64,000 nucleotides of DNA from an uncultured candidatus Porisulfidus sp. Its GTDB lineage: Bacteria; Pseudomonadota; Gammaproteobacteria; Poriferisulfidales; Poriferisulfidaceae. The translations under genes and the position numbers were made by a program. Each line of letters opens with the position of its first letter. Position 1 is the stretch's first letter. The notes beneath the pieces are model-generated. The model was not told the origin of the DNA. It ran no database searches and was given only the letters and a program-made list of their open reading frames with translations. Location: assembly GCA_965204575.1 (NCBI GenBank), contig OZ241993.1, positions 928,001-992,000 on the forward strand, written 5' to 3'. Shown one piece after another: positions 1 through 13,282 of the stretch.

Positions 1-287
1 GCATCGTCGACCTCCGCCCCGTCGATGCGGACGCGTTCGTTATAGCGAATGAAATGCGGCGAAGTATAGGCGCCGACCCGCCCGTGCGGGCGCAGCATGG
101 CTTCCAACAGGGCCACGCTGGAGCCTTTCCCGTTGGTCCCGGCGACGGTGACGATCCGGAAATCGGGCGCTTCCAGCAGGTTCATGCGGCGGGCCACCAC
201 CCGAATCCGTTCCAGCCCCAGGTCGATGCTGCTGGTGTGCAGCTGCTGCTGCCAATCGACCCACTCGGACAGGGAGGAGAATCGCAT
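1..287 (-). CDS. folC: Bifunctional folylpolyglutamate/dihydrofolate synthase, 5' part (runs off window start)
   Basis: Manual translation from ATG at 287: MRFSSLSEW...IDLGLERI...VTVAGTNGKGSS...GAYTSPHFIRYNERVRIDG; follows accD as usual. Confidence 0.93.
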   Translation of the reverse strand, partial: MRFSSLSEWVDWQQQLHTSSIDLGLERIRVVARRMNLLEAPDFRIVTVAGTNGKGSSVALLEAMLRPHGRVGAYTSPHFIRYNERVRIDGAEVDD

Positions 288-321
288 GGCGGGCACCGGG
301 GGGAAGACCGAACGGCGAGAA

Positions 322-1194
322 CTACGCGTCCCGTGCGCGGGGCGAGCGGTTCATCATCAGGCGCAACAGGTCGGCGATCGTGTCGCGCATCTCGCCGCGC
401 GGCACCAGCATGTCGATGGCGCCATGCTCCAGCAGGAATTCGCTGCGCTGGAAGCCTTCCGGCAGGGTCTCGCGCACGGTCTGTTCGATCACGCGCGGAC
501 CGGCGAAGCCGATCAGCGCGCCGGGCTCCGCGATCTGGACATCGCCCAGCATGCCGAGCGAAGCCGAAACCCCGCCCATGGTGGGGTCGGTCAGCACCGA
601 GATGTAGGGCAAGCGATTTTTCCGCATCCGGGCCAGCGCGGCGGCGGTCTTGGACATCTGGAACAGCGACACCAGCGCTTCCTGCATGCGCGCGCCCCCG
701 CTGGTGGAGAAGCATACCAGCGGTATTCGCTCCTTCAGGCAGACGGCGGCCGCCTGCGCGAATTTCTCGCCGACGACCGAGCCCATGGAGCCGCCCATGA
801 AGCCGAACTCGAACGCCGCGCAGACCAGCGGCATGCCGTGTAGTTGTCCCTGCATGACCACCAGGGCGTCCTTTTCCTTCGTGGCCTTCTGCGCCTGGCC
901 GATGCGGTCCCGGTAACGCTTGCTGTCGCGGAACTTCAGAAAATCGCGGGGCGCAAGCCCGGCAATCAGTTCCTGCCGGGGTTGCTCGTCCAGGAACATC
1001 GCCAGACGTTCCCGGGCCGATACGCGCATATGGTGCCCGCATTTCGGGCAGACGTTCAGGTTGCGCTCCAGCTCGGACCGGTACAGCGGGGTGCCGCAGT
1101 TCGGGCACTGGATCCACAGGCCCTGCGGGACTTTCCGGGCGCTGCCGCTCTCGATCCGGATCTGGGGCGGCACCAGGCGCTTGTACCAACTCAC
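322..1194 (-). CDS. accD: Acetyl-CoA carboxylase carboxyltransferase beta subunit
   Basis: [13 protein letters not shown] zinc finger, [29 protein letters not shown]; GTG start overlaps the trpA stop (the ORF-track extension to 2136 is spurious). Confidence 0.97.
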   Translation of the reverse strand: MSWYKRLVPPQIRIESGSARKVPQGLWIQCPNCGTPLYRSELERNLNVCPKCGHHMRVSARERLAMFLDEQPRQELIAGLAPRDFLKFRDSKRYRDRIGQAQKATKEKDALVVMQGQLHGMPLVCAAFEFGFMGGSMGSVVGEKFAQAAAVCLKERIPLVCFSTSGGARMQEALVSLFQMSKTAAALARMRKNRLPYISVLTDPTMGGVSASLGMLGDVQIAEPGALIGFAGPRVIEQTVRETLPEGFQRSEFLLEHGAIDMLVPRGEMRDTIADLLRLMMNRSPRARDA

Positions 1195-2002
1195 GGGGTT
1201 CCTCCCGGACGGTCCGCGGTGTCGATGCCGGCACGCAGATCCTGCAGCAATTCGGTGGCGGCGGCGTGCGGGTCCGTCGCGGCCTGGATCCGGTCGATCA
1301 GCGCGCTGCCGACGACGACCGCGTCGGCCAGCTCCGCGGCGCGGGCCGCGGAATCCGCGTCCTTGATGCCGAACCCGATGCCGACGGGCAGGGTGGCGTG
1401 TGTGCGGATGCACTTCATACGTTCCGCCACGTCCTCCATATCCAGGCGATCCGCGCCGGTCGTCCCGCGCAGGGACACATAATAAAGAAACCCTTTCGCC
1501 TGGCCGCAGATCTGCCGGATCCGCGTCTCGGTCGTGGTCGGGGCGAGCAGGAAGATCTCGTCCAGTTCGTGGTCGATCAGGGCCTGCCGGATCGCATCCG
1601 CTTCCTCCGGGGGAAGGTCGACCACCAGCACCCCGTCGACGCCGGCTTGGGCGGCCTGCTCCGCGAAGGTGCCGACGCCCATGGCGACGATCGGGTTGGT
1701 GTAGCCCATCAGGATCAACGGCGTCTCCGCGTCGTCGTTCCGGAATCCAGCGGCCATGTCCAGCACGTCGCGCAGGCGGACCTGGTGCGCCAGCGCCCGC
1801 TCGCAGGCGGCCTGGATCACGGGCCCGTCGGCCATCGGGTCCGAGAACGGAACCCCGAGTTCGATCAGGTCGGCCCCGGCCTGCACCAGCGTGTGCAGCA
1901 GCGGCACGGTGGCGGCGGGCTCCGGGTCGCCCGCGGTCAGGTAGGGGACCAGTGCCGTGCGCCCGGTTTTCTGGAGTTGGGCGAAGCGCCCGGCGATGCG
2001 GC

Positions 2003-2006
<4 letters not shown>
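1191..2006 (-). CDS. trpA: Tryptophan synthase alpha subunit
   Basis: [36 protein letters not shown] motifs. Confidence 0.98.
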
Positions 2007-3206
<1,200 letters not shown>

Positions 3207-3220
<14 letters not shown>

Positions 3221-3830
3221 GGTTCACCTCCCGCATGAATGCCGCGATTTTTTCCGGGTCCTTGAGCCCGGGCGAAGCCTCGACGCCGCTGCTGACGTCC
3301 ACGCCCCAGGGACGGACTGCCCGGATCGCCTCGGCCACGTTCCCCGCCTCCAGGCCGCCCGCCAGAATCAGCGGCCGCGGGTCTTCGGAGCGAACCTTCG
3401 CCCAGTCGAAGGTCTTGCCCTGCCCGCCCGCCTCTCCCGATGCATGGCTGTCCAGCAGGAAGCCGTGCGCGTCGGGATAATGCTGCTGGTAATCGGCCAG
3501 GGCATCGGGTTCGTTCATGGGCACGGCCTTGATCCAGTGGCCTTCGAACCGGGCACACAAGTCCGGCGCTTCGCCGCCGTGATACTGCAGGCCGTCGAAC
3601 GGGATGGTTTCGATCAATTCGTCGAGGAACTGCGGGTCCGGGTCGAGCACGACCGCGTAGGCATCCATGAAAGGCGGCAGGATGTCGATGATCGAACAGG
3701 CGACGGCCGGTTCAACATTTCGCGGGCTGGGCTCGTGGAATACCAGCCCGATGGCGTCGGCGCCCGCTTCGGCGGCGAGCAGGGCGTCGGCCGGGTTCGT
3801 AATGCCGCAGATTTTGACACGGGTGCGCAT
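3207..3830 (-). CDS. trpF: Phosphoribosylanthranilate isomerase
   Basis: [34 protein letters not shown]; start set at ATG 3830. Confidence 0.96.
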
Positions 3831-3832
3831 GT

Positions 3833-4627
3833 TCAGGAGGGCAGGCTGTAATCCGGAGTCCACAGGGGCGGCGGGATGCCGCATTCAGGGGGATAGTTTA
3901 CGCGCATCAGGTACAGCCCGTCCGGCGGCGCGGTGATGCCGCCCGCCGTGCGGTCGCGCTGTTCCAGCAACTCGGCCAGCCATTCCGGGGGGTGTTCGCC
4001 GTGGCCGATGTCGATCAGGGAGCCGGCCAGGATTTTCACCATGTGGTGCAGGAAGCCGTCGGCCTCGACGTCGATGTGGACGAACGGTTCGCGGGCGGTG
4101 ACGTCCAGCCGGAAGAGAGTGCGCCGGGGATGGCGGGCCTGGCACTCCGCCGCCCGGAAGCTGGTGAAGTCGTGTTCGCCCAGCAGGGCCTGGGCGGCCT
4201 GGTGCATCCGTTCGACGTCCAGGGTCTTGGGAATCCGCGTGACCTTGCCGGCCAGCAGGCCCGCCGCGGCAGCGTCGCGCTGCAGGATGATGTAGCGGTA
4301 GTGGCGCCGGGTCGCGGAGTAGCGGGCATGGAAGTCGTCCGCGACCTTCCGCACCCAGGAGACGCTGACGGTGGGCGGCAGGTGTGCGCCCGCGCCCCGT
4401 TGCCAGGCGTGCAGGGAGCGGTCCGCGGTGGTGTCGAAATGAATGACCTGGCCGGCCGCATGCACCCCGGTGTCGGTGCGGCCGGCGACGGCGGTGCGGA
4501 TCGGGCGGTCGGCGACGGCGGAGAAGGCTTCCTCGACCGCATCCTGGACGCTCGGAGCGTGGCTTTGCCGCTGCCAGCCGTTGAAGCCGGCGCCGTCGTA
4601 TTCGAGACCGCAGGCCAGGCGGGGCAT
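3833..4627 (-). CDS. truA: tRNA pseudouridine(38-40) synthase
   Basis: EYDG..F.GWQRQ, AGRTDTGVHA, HDFTSFRA, FLHHMV, TAPPDGLYL. Confidence 0.97.
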   Translation of the reverse strand: MPRLACGLEYDGAGFNGWQRQSHAPSVQDAVEEAFSAVADRPIRTAVAGRTDTGVHAAGQVIHFDTTADRSLHAWQRGAGAHLPPTVSVSWVRKVADDFHARYSATRRHYRYIILQRDAAAAGLLAGKVTRIPKTLDVERMHQAAQALLGEHDFTSFRAAECQARHPRRTLFRLDVTAREPFVHIDVEADGFLHHMVKILAGSLIDIGHGEHPPEWLAELLEQRDRTAGGITAPPDGLYLMRVNYPPECGIPPPLWTPDYSLPS

Positions 4628-4630
4628 GGG

Positions 4631-5910
4631 TCAGGACGAACCCATCCGGCTTTTCAGCCTCTCCGCCTCTTCGCGTTCTTGCTCCGTCCCCTCGGCCAGC
4701 ACCAGCCGGATCAGGGGGCGCGCCCGGTCGTATTCGTTCGCCTCGACGTGCGCGTGTGCCAAGTCCAGCGCGGAAGTGGCGCGCCGGGCAGGATCCTCGA
4801 TGTCGCCCACGCTCTCTCGAATGATCCGGGCCTGACGGGTGCGGCTCAGGGTCAATGCGAACAGATAGGTCAAGAGCAGAATCCCCGCAGCGGTGAGAAT
4901 TCCGGGCCACGGGAGGTCGGCTGCGACCTTCGCCGCGGTTCCTTCACCACCTGGCCCGTCCGCCAGTGGCACCAGGACTTTGGCCTCGATCTCCGCCATT
5001 GCCAGTGGCGCTTCGGTCTTTTCGGCCTCAGGTTCCGCTGGAGAGGCCTCGTCCGGTTCGATTTGCTCCGGTGCGGCCGGTTGGGCGGCGGTGGTCCCGG
5101 GTTCGGCTGGCTCGGCTTTCATCGGCTCAAGTGCGGACGGCTCTGCCGGATCCGGTTCAGGCGCGCTTGATTCGGGCGTTGCGGACTCGGCCTGCGTCTC
5201 AAGCGGCACAAGCTGCAGCCGCCGTTCCTGCAGGGTTGGGCTTTCGCGCAGGTCCGTCCCCTCCCGCCGCCACTTCCGCCACTGTTCGTTCTGGAACTGG
5301 ATCTCGTCGATCAACCACTGGCGGGACAGGTTCAGGCGCGCGATCTCGGCCTGGCTCGGAATGTACAGCCGGGCACCCGCCCGGATCAGGTTGATGTTGT
5401 CGTGGATGAAGGCGCCACGGTTGTACAGCTGGATTGCCAGCATCAGGGTGTAGGCGTCGACTTCCCGGGAGCGGGCCTGCTCCAGCGCGATCTCGAGCAG
5501 CGTGTCTCCCCAAACCACCTCGCGCGTCGTGCCGGTCGGGGCACACGGCGGCAGGTTCAGGGTGTGGAACGTGGGGGGGTCGTACCCTTCTCCGAGGACC
5601 AGCACCAGGTCGTTGGAGTGGGAAGGAAGCGGTTTCTCGCTGCGCACCTGGATCCGGTGCTCGCCGTTCTCCCGGACCCGTTCCAGCTGCGCCGAACCGA
5701 CCCAGGAAGGATAGGTTTTCTGGAGTTTCCGGTAGGTCGGCGGGGCTGCGACCTCGACGCGCAGTTGCTCCGGGTCGACCCCGGATTCCGTCGCCAGGCG
5801 AAGTGTCAGCAGGGCGGAGCAGTCCGGCTCGAAGTGGATTTCGGGCTGGCCCACCTCCAACGCCTGGGCCGGGGCGGCCAGGGCGGCCGCAATGAACAAA
5901 AACCGCGCGT

Positions 5911-5914
<4 letters not shown>
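4631..5914 (-). CDS. fimV: FimV/HubP-like polar landmark protein (signal peptide, LysM, TM helix, FimV C-terminal TPR)
   Basis: GDTLLEIA...AF..DNINLIRAGARLYIP LysM-type segment; C-terminal LDLAHAHVE..YDRARPLI..VL.EG; located between asd and truA; GTG start at 5914 inferred. Confidence 0.8.
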
Positions 5915-6929
<1,015 letters not shown>

Positions 6930-6933
<4 letters not shown>

Positions 6934-8012
6934 GAGCCGAGGCGCCCCTCAAGCGCGCCGACCACCGCATCCCCCATCTGCGCCGTCCCGACGGCTTCGC
7001 CGCCGCCTGCGAGGTCGGCGGTCCGCAGTCCCTGTTCCAGCACGTCCCGCACGGCGCCTTCCACCGCGTCAGCGGCATCGGCCCGCTGCAGGGAATAGCG
7101 GAGCATCATGCCGACCGACAGGATCATCGCGAGCGGGTTGGCCTGGCCGGTGCCGGCCAGGTCGGGAGCCGAGCCGTGCACCGGTTCGTAGAGGCCTTGG
7201 CGCTTCTCGTTCAGGGATGCCGAGGGCAGCAGCCCGATCGACCCGGTCAGCTGGGCGGCAATGTCGGACAGGATGTCGCCGAACAGGTTGCCGGTCACCA
7301 TCACGTCGAACCGGGTGGGTTCGGCGATCAGCTGCATGGCGGCATTGTCCACGTACAGGTGCGACAGTTCGACGTCGGGGTACTCTCGTGCGATTTCGCC
7401 GACCACGGTCCGCCACAACTCCGAGACTTCAAGCACGTTCGCCTTGTCCACGGAGCAGACCCTCCGACTCCGCAGCTGGGCGGCCTGAAAGGCGCTGCGG
7501 GCGACACGCGAGATTTCATCCTCATCATAGACCATGGTGTTGACGCCGCGCCTGCGGCCGTCGTGCTCGGCCAGTGCGCGCGGTTCGCCGAAATAAAGCC
7601 CGCCGGTCAATTCGCGCACGATCAGGAGATCCAGCCCTTCCAGTTTTTCGGGCTTGAGGCTCGAGGCATGCGCCATGCCGGGCATCAGCGTCGCAGGGCG
7701 CAGGTTGGCGTACAGTCCCAGTCCCTTGCGCAGCCTGAGCAGGCCGGTCTCGGGGCGCAGCGCGCGGTCGGGAGTGTCGTAACGGGGCGCACCGACCGCC
7801 GCCAGCAGTACGGCGTCGGCATCGCGGGCAGCCTGCAGGGTGCTGGCCGGCAGGGGATCGCCCTGCGCATCGACCGCCGCCCCCCCGACCAGGGCTTCGT
7901 CCAGCTCCAGTTCGAGGCCGGCGTCGCGAACCAGGCAGTCGAGTACCTTGCGGGCCTCGGCCGTGATCTCCGGGCCGATGCCGTCGCCGGGCAGGATCAG
8001 GACGCGCGACAT
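6930..8012 (-). CDS. leuB: 3-isopropylmalate dehydrogenase
   Basis: [45 protein letters not shown]. Confidence 0.98.
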
Positions 8013-8665
8013 TACGGGTTGCCGAAGCGGTCGAACAGCCAGGGGGCGTGCGCCCGCCGTGCCGCTTCGAATTCGCGGATCCGGTCCGAGTGATGCAGGG
8101 TCAGCGCGATGTCGTCGAGCCCTTCGACCAGGCAGCGCTTGCGCTGCGGATCGATGTCGAACGACCAGGTCGCACCGGAATCCGCCGTCACCGTCTGTTC
8201 CGGCAGGTCGATGTCCAGCCGGTAGCCTTCGGTTTGTTCGACCTCCTCGACGAGCGTGCGCACGGCATCCTCCGGCAGCCGGATGGTCAGCAGGCCGTTT
8301 TTGGCGGCGTTGGTGTCGAAGATGTCCGCGAAACTCGGCGCGATGACGACCCGGAAACCGGCGTCCAGGAACGCCCAGACCGCGTGTTCGCGCGAGGAAC
8401 CGCAGCCGAAGTTGGCGCCGGTGACCAAAATGGAAGCCTCCCGGTAGCGGGACTGGTTCAGCACGAAATCCGGGTTGCGCGGGCGCCGGGAGTGGTCGCT
8501 CTCCAGGTCGCCGGGCGCCAGGTAGCGCCAGCTGTCGAACAGGTTCGGCCCGAACCCGGTCCGCTTGACCGACTTCAGGTACTGCTTGGGGATGATCACG
8601 TCGGTGTCGATGTTGCTCCGGTCAAGCGGCGCGACGATCCCGCGGTGGCGGACGAAAGGGGTCAT
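8012..8665 (-). CDS. leuD: 3-isopropylmalate dehydratase small subunit
   Basis: [33 protein letters not shown]; start ATG 8665 overlaps the leuC stop. Confidence 0.97.
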   Translation of the reverse strand: MTPFVRHRGIVAPLDRSNIDTDVIIPKQYLKSVKRTGFGPNLFDSWRYLAPGDLESDHSRRPRNPDFVLNQSRYREASILVTGANFGCGSSREHAVWAFLDAGFRVVIAPSFADIFDTNAAKNGLLTIRLPEDAVRTLVEEVEQTEGYRLDIDLPEQTVTADSGATWSFDIDPQRKRCLVEGLDDIALTLHHSDRIREFEAARRAHAPWLFDRFGNP

Positions 8666-10071
8666 GCCAGGTATTCCCGCACGTCGACGAAATGCCCGGC
8701 GCAGGCGGCCGCGGCAGCCATCGCCGGGCTGACCAGGTGGGTGCGCCCGCCCTCGCCCTGGCGGCCCTCGAAGTTGCGGTTGGAGGTGGCGGCGCAGCGC
8801 TCGCCGGGCTCCAGCCGGTCGGCGTTCATGGCCAGGCACATCGAACAGCCCGGTTCCCGCCATTCGAAGCCGGCCTCGGTAAAGATCCGGTCCAGCCCTT
8901 CCGATTCGGCCTGCGCCTTGACCCGCCCGGAGCCGGGGACGACCAGGGCTTGGCGGATATTGTCCGCGCAGTGCCGCCCGCGGACGACCGCGGCGGCTTC
9001 GCGCAGGTCCTCGATGCGGGCGTTGGTACAGGAACCGATAAAAATTCGATCCAGTTCAAGGCCGGTGACCGTTTCGCCGCCTTCCAGGCCCATGTAGTTC
9101 AGTGCGGCCTTCATGTCGTCGGCACGCGCAGAGTCTTCCGCCTCCTCGGGGCGGGGCACGGTCGCACCGACCGGCACGACCATCTCCGGCGACGTGCCCC
9201 AGGTGACCTGGGGAGCCAGCTCGCCGGCCTGCAGCACCACGGCACGCTCGAACACGGCATCGCCGTCCGAGCGCAGTTCGCGCCACCGCCGTTCGGCCTC
9301 TTCCCAGGCGGCGCCTTCGGGCGCATAGGTCCGCCCGCGAACGTATTCGAGGGTGACGTCGTCGACCGCGACCAGGCCGGAACGCGCGCCGGCCTCGATC
9401 GCCATGTTGCACAGGGTCATGCGGGACTCCATGCTCATGGCTTCCACCGCCTGTCCGGCGAATTCGATGGCGCAGCCGGTGCCGCCTGCCGCGCCGATGC
9501 TGCCGATCAGGGCGAGCGCCAGGTCCTTGGCGCCGACGCCGGGCGCGGCGCGGCCCTCGAGGCGCACCAGCATGTTGGCCGGCTTGCGCACCGGCAGGCA
9601 CTGGGTGGCCAGGACGTGCTCCACCTGCGAGGTGCCGATGCCGAACGCCAGCGTTGCCAGCGCACCGTGCGTGGAGGTGTGCGAGTCGCCGCAGACGACG
9701 GTCATGCCGGGCAGGGTGATGCCCTGCTCCGGGCCGATCACGTGCACGATGCCTTGGCGCGGGTCCCCCATCGGGAATTCCAGCAGGCCGTACTCGGCGC
9801 AGTTGGCGTCCAGGACCTCGACCTGGTGGCGCGAGACCGCATCGGGGATCTCCTCGAGATCCGGCTCGGTCGGAACGTTATGGTCGGCCACCGCAACGAT
9901 GCTGTCGGGTCGCCAGGGCGCACGGCCAGCCAGGCGCAGGCCCTCGAAGGCCTGCGGCGAAGTGACTTCGTGGACCAGCTGGCAGTCGATGTACAGCAGG
10001 GTGGTGCCGTCTTCGGCCGTCTGCACCGCGTGCTCGTCCCAAAGTTTGTCGTACAGGGTACGCCCGGACAT
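8662..10071 (-). CDS. leuC: 3-isopropylmalate dehydratase large subunit
   Basis: [41 protein letters not shown]. Confidence 0.98.
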   Translation of the reverse strand: MSGRTLYDKLWDEHAVQTAEDGTTLLYIDCQLVHEVTSPQAFEGLRLAGRAPWRPDSIVAVADHNVPTEPDLEEIPDAVSRHQVEVLDANCAEYGLLEFPMGDPRQGIVHVIGPEQGITLPGMTVVCGDSHTSTHGALATLAFGIGTSQVEHVLATQCLPVRKPANMLVRLEGRAAPGVGAKDLALALIGSIGAAGGTGCAIEFAGQAVEAMSMESRMTLCNMAIEAGARSGLVAVDDVTLEYVRGRTYAPEGAAWEEAERRWRELRSDGDAVFERAVVLQAGELAPQVTWGTSPEMVVPVGATVPRPEEAEDSARADDMKAALNYMGLEGGETVTGLELDRIFIGSCTNARIEDLREAAAVVRGRHCADNIRQALVVPGSGRVKAQAESEGLDRIFTEAGFEWREPGCSMCLAMNADRLEPGERCAATSNRNFEGRQGEGGRTHLVSPAMAAAAACAGHFVDVREYLA

Positions 10072-10192
10072 GGTCTGTTTTTCGCTCCGCGCCTAATGCA
10101 CGGCGATTATAGAGGACGGAGGGGGTTTAAGGGGTGTTTTTGGTGTGTGGTGTGGCGACCCGAAACGCCGCTTTTTTCGCCATTATTCTTCC

Positions 10193-10459
10193 TTACCGGT
10201 AAATTTCGCGCCGGTTGCCCACCTGCACGACGAGTACGCGCAAAGTGTCGTCCTGAATGTCGCAAATCACCCGGCAATCGCCCACCCGGTAACGCCAGAA
10301 ATTGCCAAGCGGGCCGGTCAATGCCTTACCCGTGCTACGTGGATTTTCCAATCCAGCAATGCGTCTGTCCATGAAATCGACGATGCGCCGTGCCGTCTGC
10401 TTGTCGAGCTTGCGGAGCTGCCTTTTAGCCGTATCGGCGTAATCAATCGTCCAAGCCAA
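10193..10459 (-). CDS. relE: RelE/StbE-family type II toxin
   Basis: 88 aa, basic; GKALTG..WRYRVGD.RVIC.I...VLVV.VGNRREIYR pattern; overlaps the antitoxin stop. Confidence 0.9.
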   Translation of the reverse strand: MAWTIDYADTAKRQLRKLDKQTARRIVDFMDRRIAGLENPRSTGKALTGPLGNFWRYRVGDCRVICDIQDDTLRVLVVQVGNRREIYR

Positions 10460-10670
10460 GGTCCTTCCTTACGTCAGCCGCCGAATGCACCTGTTCCTGT
10501 CCCTTGCGGATACGTTCCAACACGTCAGCGGCAAGGTAGTAGTCCTCCATCTCCTCAATGCCATGCTCGATGATTTCCCGCAGGTAGTAAGCCTTGGTGC
10601 GTCCGGTTTGCGAGGCGAGGTAGTCAAGCCTTTGCTCTGTTTCCGGGTTTAGGCGAATAGAAGTCGCCAT
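10443..10670 (-). CDS. RelB/CopG-type ribbon-helix-helix antitoxin
   Basis: MATSIRL..E.EQRLD.LA..TGRTKAYYLRE; acidic C-terminus; directly upstream of relE. Confidence 0.88.
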   Translation of the reverse strand: MATSIRLNPETEQRLDYLASQTGRTKAYYLREIIEHGIEEMEDYYLAADVLERIRKGQEQVHSAADVRKDLGLDD

Positions 10671-10695
10671 GTCGCAGTCCCTCTCTTCAAGATTC

Positions 10696-10717
10696 AATAC
10701 ATGTATTCATTATATCA
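10696..10717 (-). promoter_or_regulatory. Extended -10 promoter plus palindromic operator of the relBE module
   Basis: TGATATAAT on the minus strand (10717-10709), followed by the perfect palindrome AATACATGTATT (10696-10707). Confidence 0.6.
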
Positions 10718-10795
10718 CAAAATCGTCGCGAAAGGCTTCGGCCGAACTGGCAATGGAACATAAAAGAGGTTTGAATCATATATTTATATGCTTTC

Positions 10796-11473
10796 TCATG
10801 TGGTTGCGTGTGGATCGAACCGGGCTTGGGCATCGGTTAGGCGTTCGACGGTCCCGACATCCACCCACCGTCCACGAAAATGCTCGCCGCTCACTTGCCC
10901 GCCGCGGATGGCGGCCTGCAGCAGGGGCGCCAGCGGGAAACGTCCGGATTCGCACGCATCGAACAGGCGAGGGCGATAGAAGCCGATCCCGGCGAACGTC
11001 AGGCGAGTTCCGGGTTGTTCCCGGACGCGGCCATCCTCGTAGTGGAAATCTCCTTCAGGGTGGTGTGCCGGGTTGTCGACCATAACCAGGTGCACATCGT
11101 CGCCGTTGGCCAACGGCGGGGCGGAGAATCGGTAGTTGGTGCAGACGTCCGCATTGACGACCCAGAACGGGTTCGGCCCCAGCAGCGGGAGTGCCTGATG
11201 GATGCCGCCGCCGGTCTCCAGCGGGGGAGAGGGTTCGGGGGAGTAGAGGATGCGGACGCCGAATTCCTCCCCGTCTCCCAAGGCGTCGCGAATCTGTTCC
11301 CCCAGGTGCGACAGGTTGATGACCACGTCTTCGATCCCGACCTCCCGCAGGGCTCGAAGGTGGCGCACGATCAGGGGTTCGCCGGCGACTTCCAAAAGCG
11401 CTTTCGGCGTAGTGTCGGTCAAAGGTCGCAGGCGCTCCCCGCGCCCGGCCGACAAAATCATGGCCGCGGGCAT
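10796..11473 (-). CDS. murU: N-acetylmuramate alpha-1-phosphate uridylyltransferase
   Basis: AMILSAGRGERLRPLTDTTPKALL, LETGGGI, WVDVGTVERL; paired with amgK. Confidence 0.92.
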   Translation of the reverse strand: MPAAMILSAGRGERLRPLTDTTPKALLEVAGEPLIVRHLRALREVGIEDVVINLSHLGEQIRDALGDGEEFGVRILYSPEPSPPLETGGGIHQALPLLGPNPFWVVNADVCTNYRFSAPPLANGDDVHLVMVDNPAHHPEGDFHYEDGRVREQPGTRLTFAGIGFYRPRLFDACESGRFPLAPLLQAAIRGGQVSGEHFRGRWVDVGTVERLTDAQARFDPHATT

Positions 11474-11474
11474 G

Positions 11475-12449
11475 TCAGGGCTCCGGCAGCCGTGCCACCA
11501 GTTCCGCCAAGGGTTGCAGGGGCGGGTAGTTCGAGCAGACGTCCTGAACGTAGCCCAGGACGCGGGGCACGTCCAGCATGAAATAAGGCTTGCCGTCCCG
11601 GTGGCACAGCCGGGCGAAGATGCCGACTGCTTTCAGGTGGCGTTGCACCCCCATCCAGTCGAACCATTCCAGGAAGAGCCCGGAATCTACATTTTCATCG
11701 AGGATGCCTTGCTGCCGGGCACGCTGCCGGTACTGTTCCACCCAGCCCCGGACCCGCTCGTCGGGCCAGGCGATGTAGCAGTCCCGAAGCAGGGAGACCA
11801 GGTCGTAGGTGACGGGCCCCCACATCGCGTCCTGGTGGTCGATGATGCCGGGGTTGGGTTCGGTCACCATCAGGTTCCGCGAGTGGTAGTCGCGGTGGAC
11901 CACCACGCACGGTTGCTCCAGGGCGCGGTCGACCAGCAACTGCCAGGCCGTCTCGATCATGAGCCGGTCCTCAGGGCTTAATTCCCAGCTGAGGTGACGG
12001 CCGAGATACCAATCGGTGAACCGGTCGAGTTCCAGGCGCAGCTGTTTCGCGTCGTATGGCGGCAGCGGGCCGCGCGGCAGCGCCTGGATGCGCAATAAGG
12101 CATCAAGGGCATCGCCGTACAGTGCGTCCGCCGATTCCTCGTTCAGGTGCGGCAGGTACTGTTCGTCCCCGAGGTCCTCGATCAGCAGGAAGCCGTCCGC
12201 GTGGTTTTCCGCCTGGATCTCCGGGGCATGCACGCCTGCTTTCCGCAGGTGCGCGTTGGCGGTAAGGAAAGGCTCCAGCGGTTCGTGTTCCGGCGGGGCG
12301 TCCATTGCAATCCGGGTGGGATTCACGCCGTGCACGCGGAAATAGCGGCGAAAGCTGGCATCGCCCGCCACTTGGCGGAGTTCCAGTTCCGCATCCTGCA
12401 GGGTATGGCGCACCCAGTCCCGCAGCTGTTCCTGTCTTGAATCCGTCAC
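11475..12449 (-). CDS. amgK: MurNAc/GlcNAc anomeric kinase (APH-family phosphotransferase)
   Basis: GDASFRRYFR, MDAPP, HRDYHSRNLM, YDLVSLLRDCY, QRHLKAVGIFARL. Confidence 0.92.
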   Translation of the reverse strand: MTDSRQEQLRDWVRHTLQDAELELRQVAGDASFRRYFRVHGVNPTRIAMDAPPEHEPLEPFLTANAHLRKAGVHAPEIQAENHADGFLLIEDLGDEQYLPHLNEESADALYGDALDALLRIQALPRGPLPPYDAKQLRLELDRFTDWYLGRHLSWELSPEDRLMIETAWQLLVDRALEQPCVVVHRDYHSRNLMVTEPNPGIIDHQDAMWGPVTYDLVSLLRDCYIAWPDERVRGWVEQYRQRARQQGILDENVDSGLFLEWFDWMGVQRHLKAVGIFARLCHRDGKPYFMLDVPRVLGYVQDVCSNYPPLQPLAELVARLPEP

Positions 12450-12471
12450 GATTTCCCGAAGCCGACAATCC

Positions 12472-12903
12472 TCAATATTGCGCCGCTGCGTAATCGGCCA
12501 GCGTCACAACCAGCCTGCCGTGTTCGGTCGGCTCCAGCCTGTCGGCAAACCTGCCGTCCTCCGTCACTACGGTCGCCCCTATGCGTTGAGCCAGTGCGAG
12601 GTACATGCAGTCGTAGGCGGGATGCTCCAACGCCAGCGCGAGGCGAAGCGCGTCCGCGCAAATCGTCTCATCGGCGCTCCAGAGAACGGGCATTTCCGGC
12701 ATTGCGAGCAACAGGGCGCCTGCTTCGTTCCGCGTGATTTCGCCGCGGCGGGTCTTGTTCCACAACGCATTGGCAACTTCTGATGCCATCAACCGCGGAG
12801 CATGGATCTCGTCATTGCCCTCCAGAAGCTTCCGCGCCATGTCCGAGCGGTCCTCGTCGACCAGCCATTTGGTCGCCACACTGGCGTCGACGACTAAACG
12901 CAT
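12472..12903 (-). CDS. vapC: VapC-family PIN-domain toxin
   Basis: VVDASVA.KW, E(V)ANAL, AYDCMYLALA, VTED acidic PIN residues. Confidence 0.9.
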   Translation of the reverse strand: MRLVVDASVATKWLVDEDRSDMARKLLEGNDEIHAPRLMASEVANALWNKTRRGEITRNEAGALLLAMPEMPVLWSADETICADALRLALALEHPAYDCMYLALAQRIGATVVTEDGRFADRLEPTEHGRLVVTLADYAAAQY

Positions 12904-13160
12904 CAGGAATCACGGTGGCCGTGGTCGCGGTCTTCGCGAATGATCTCCTCTGCCGGCGTATGCGTACGCCCCCGGGTCATCTGCCGCAGCCGGTCCGACA
13001 GCGCAAGGAACGAGGCGCGTTTCACCACCATGTCGTCTTCAATGGCGTTTTCGAGAATGTGGCGGGCTTCGCCCTCTAGGGAGCGATGGTTCAGGGAGGC
13101 CCGCCGCTTGAGGCGCTCGACCACGCCCTCTTCGAGCCTCCGTACGTTAATCGTGGGCAT
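12903..13160 (-). CDS. FitA/Arc-like RHH antitoxin (VapB-type)
   Basis: MPTINVRRL...VERLKRRA..NHRSLEGEAR.IL; its stop overlaps the vapC start. Confidence 0.88.
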   Translation of the reverse strand: MPTINVRRLEEGVVERLKRRASLNHRSLEGEARHILENAIEDDMVVKRASFLALSDRLRQMTRGRTHTPAEEIIREDRDHGHRDS

Positions 13161-13176
13161 TGTTCCGCTCCTTCAT

Positions 13177-13193
13177 CTATCAAAATGATAGCA
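13177..13193 (-). promoter_or_regulatory. Operator/extended -10 of the vapBC module
   Basis: Inverted repeat CTATCA-aaa-TGATAG overlapping TGCTATCAT on the minus strand, just upstream of the antitoxin start. Confidence 0.5.
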
Positions 13194-13282
13194 CATGGGG
13201 GAGAAACCAGGCAACGGAAATCGCCCAAGAGAAGCACTGTCATACTGGGATAGGCCGGTTATGTATCGGTCATCTCAAGATT

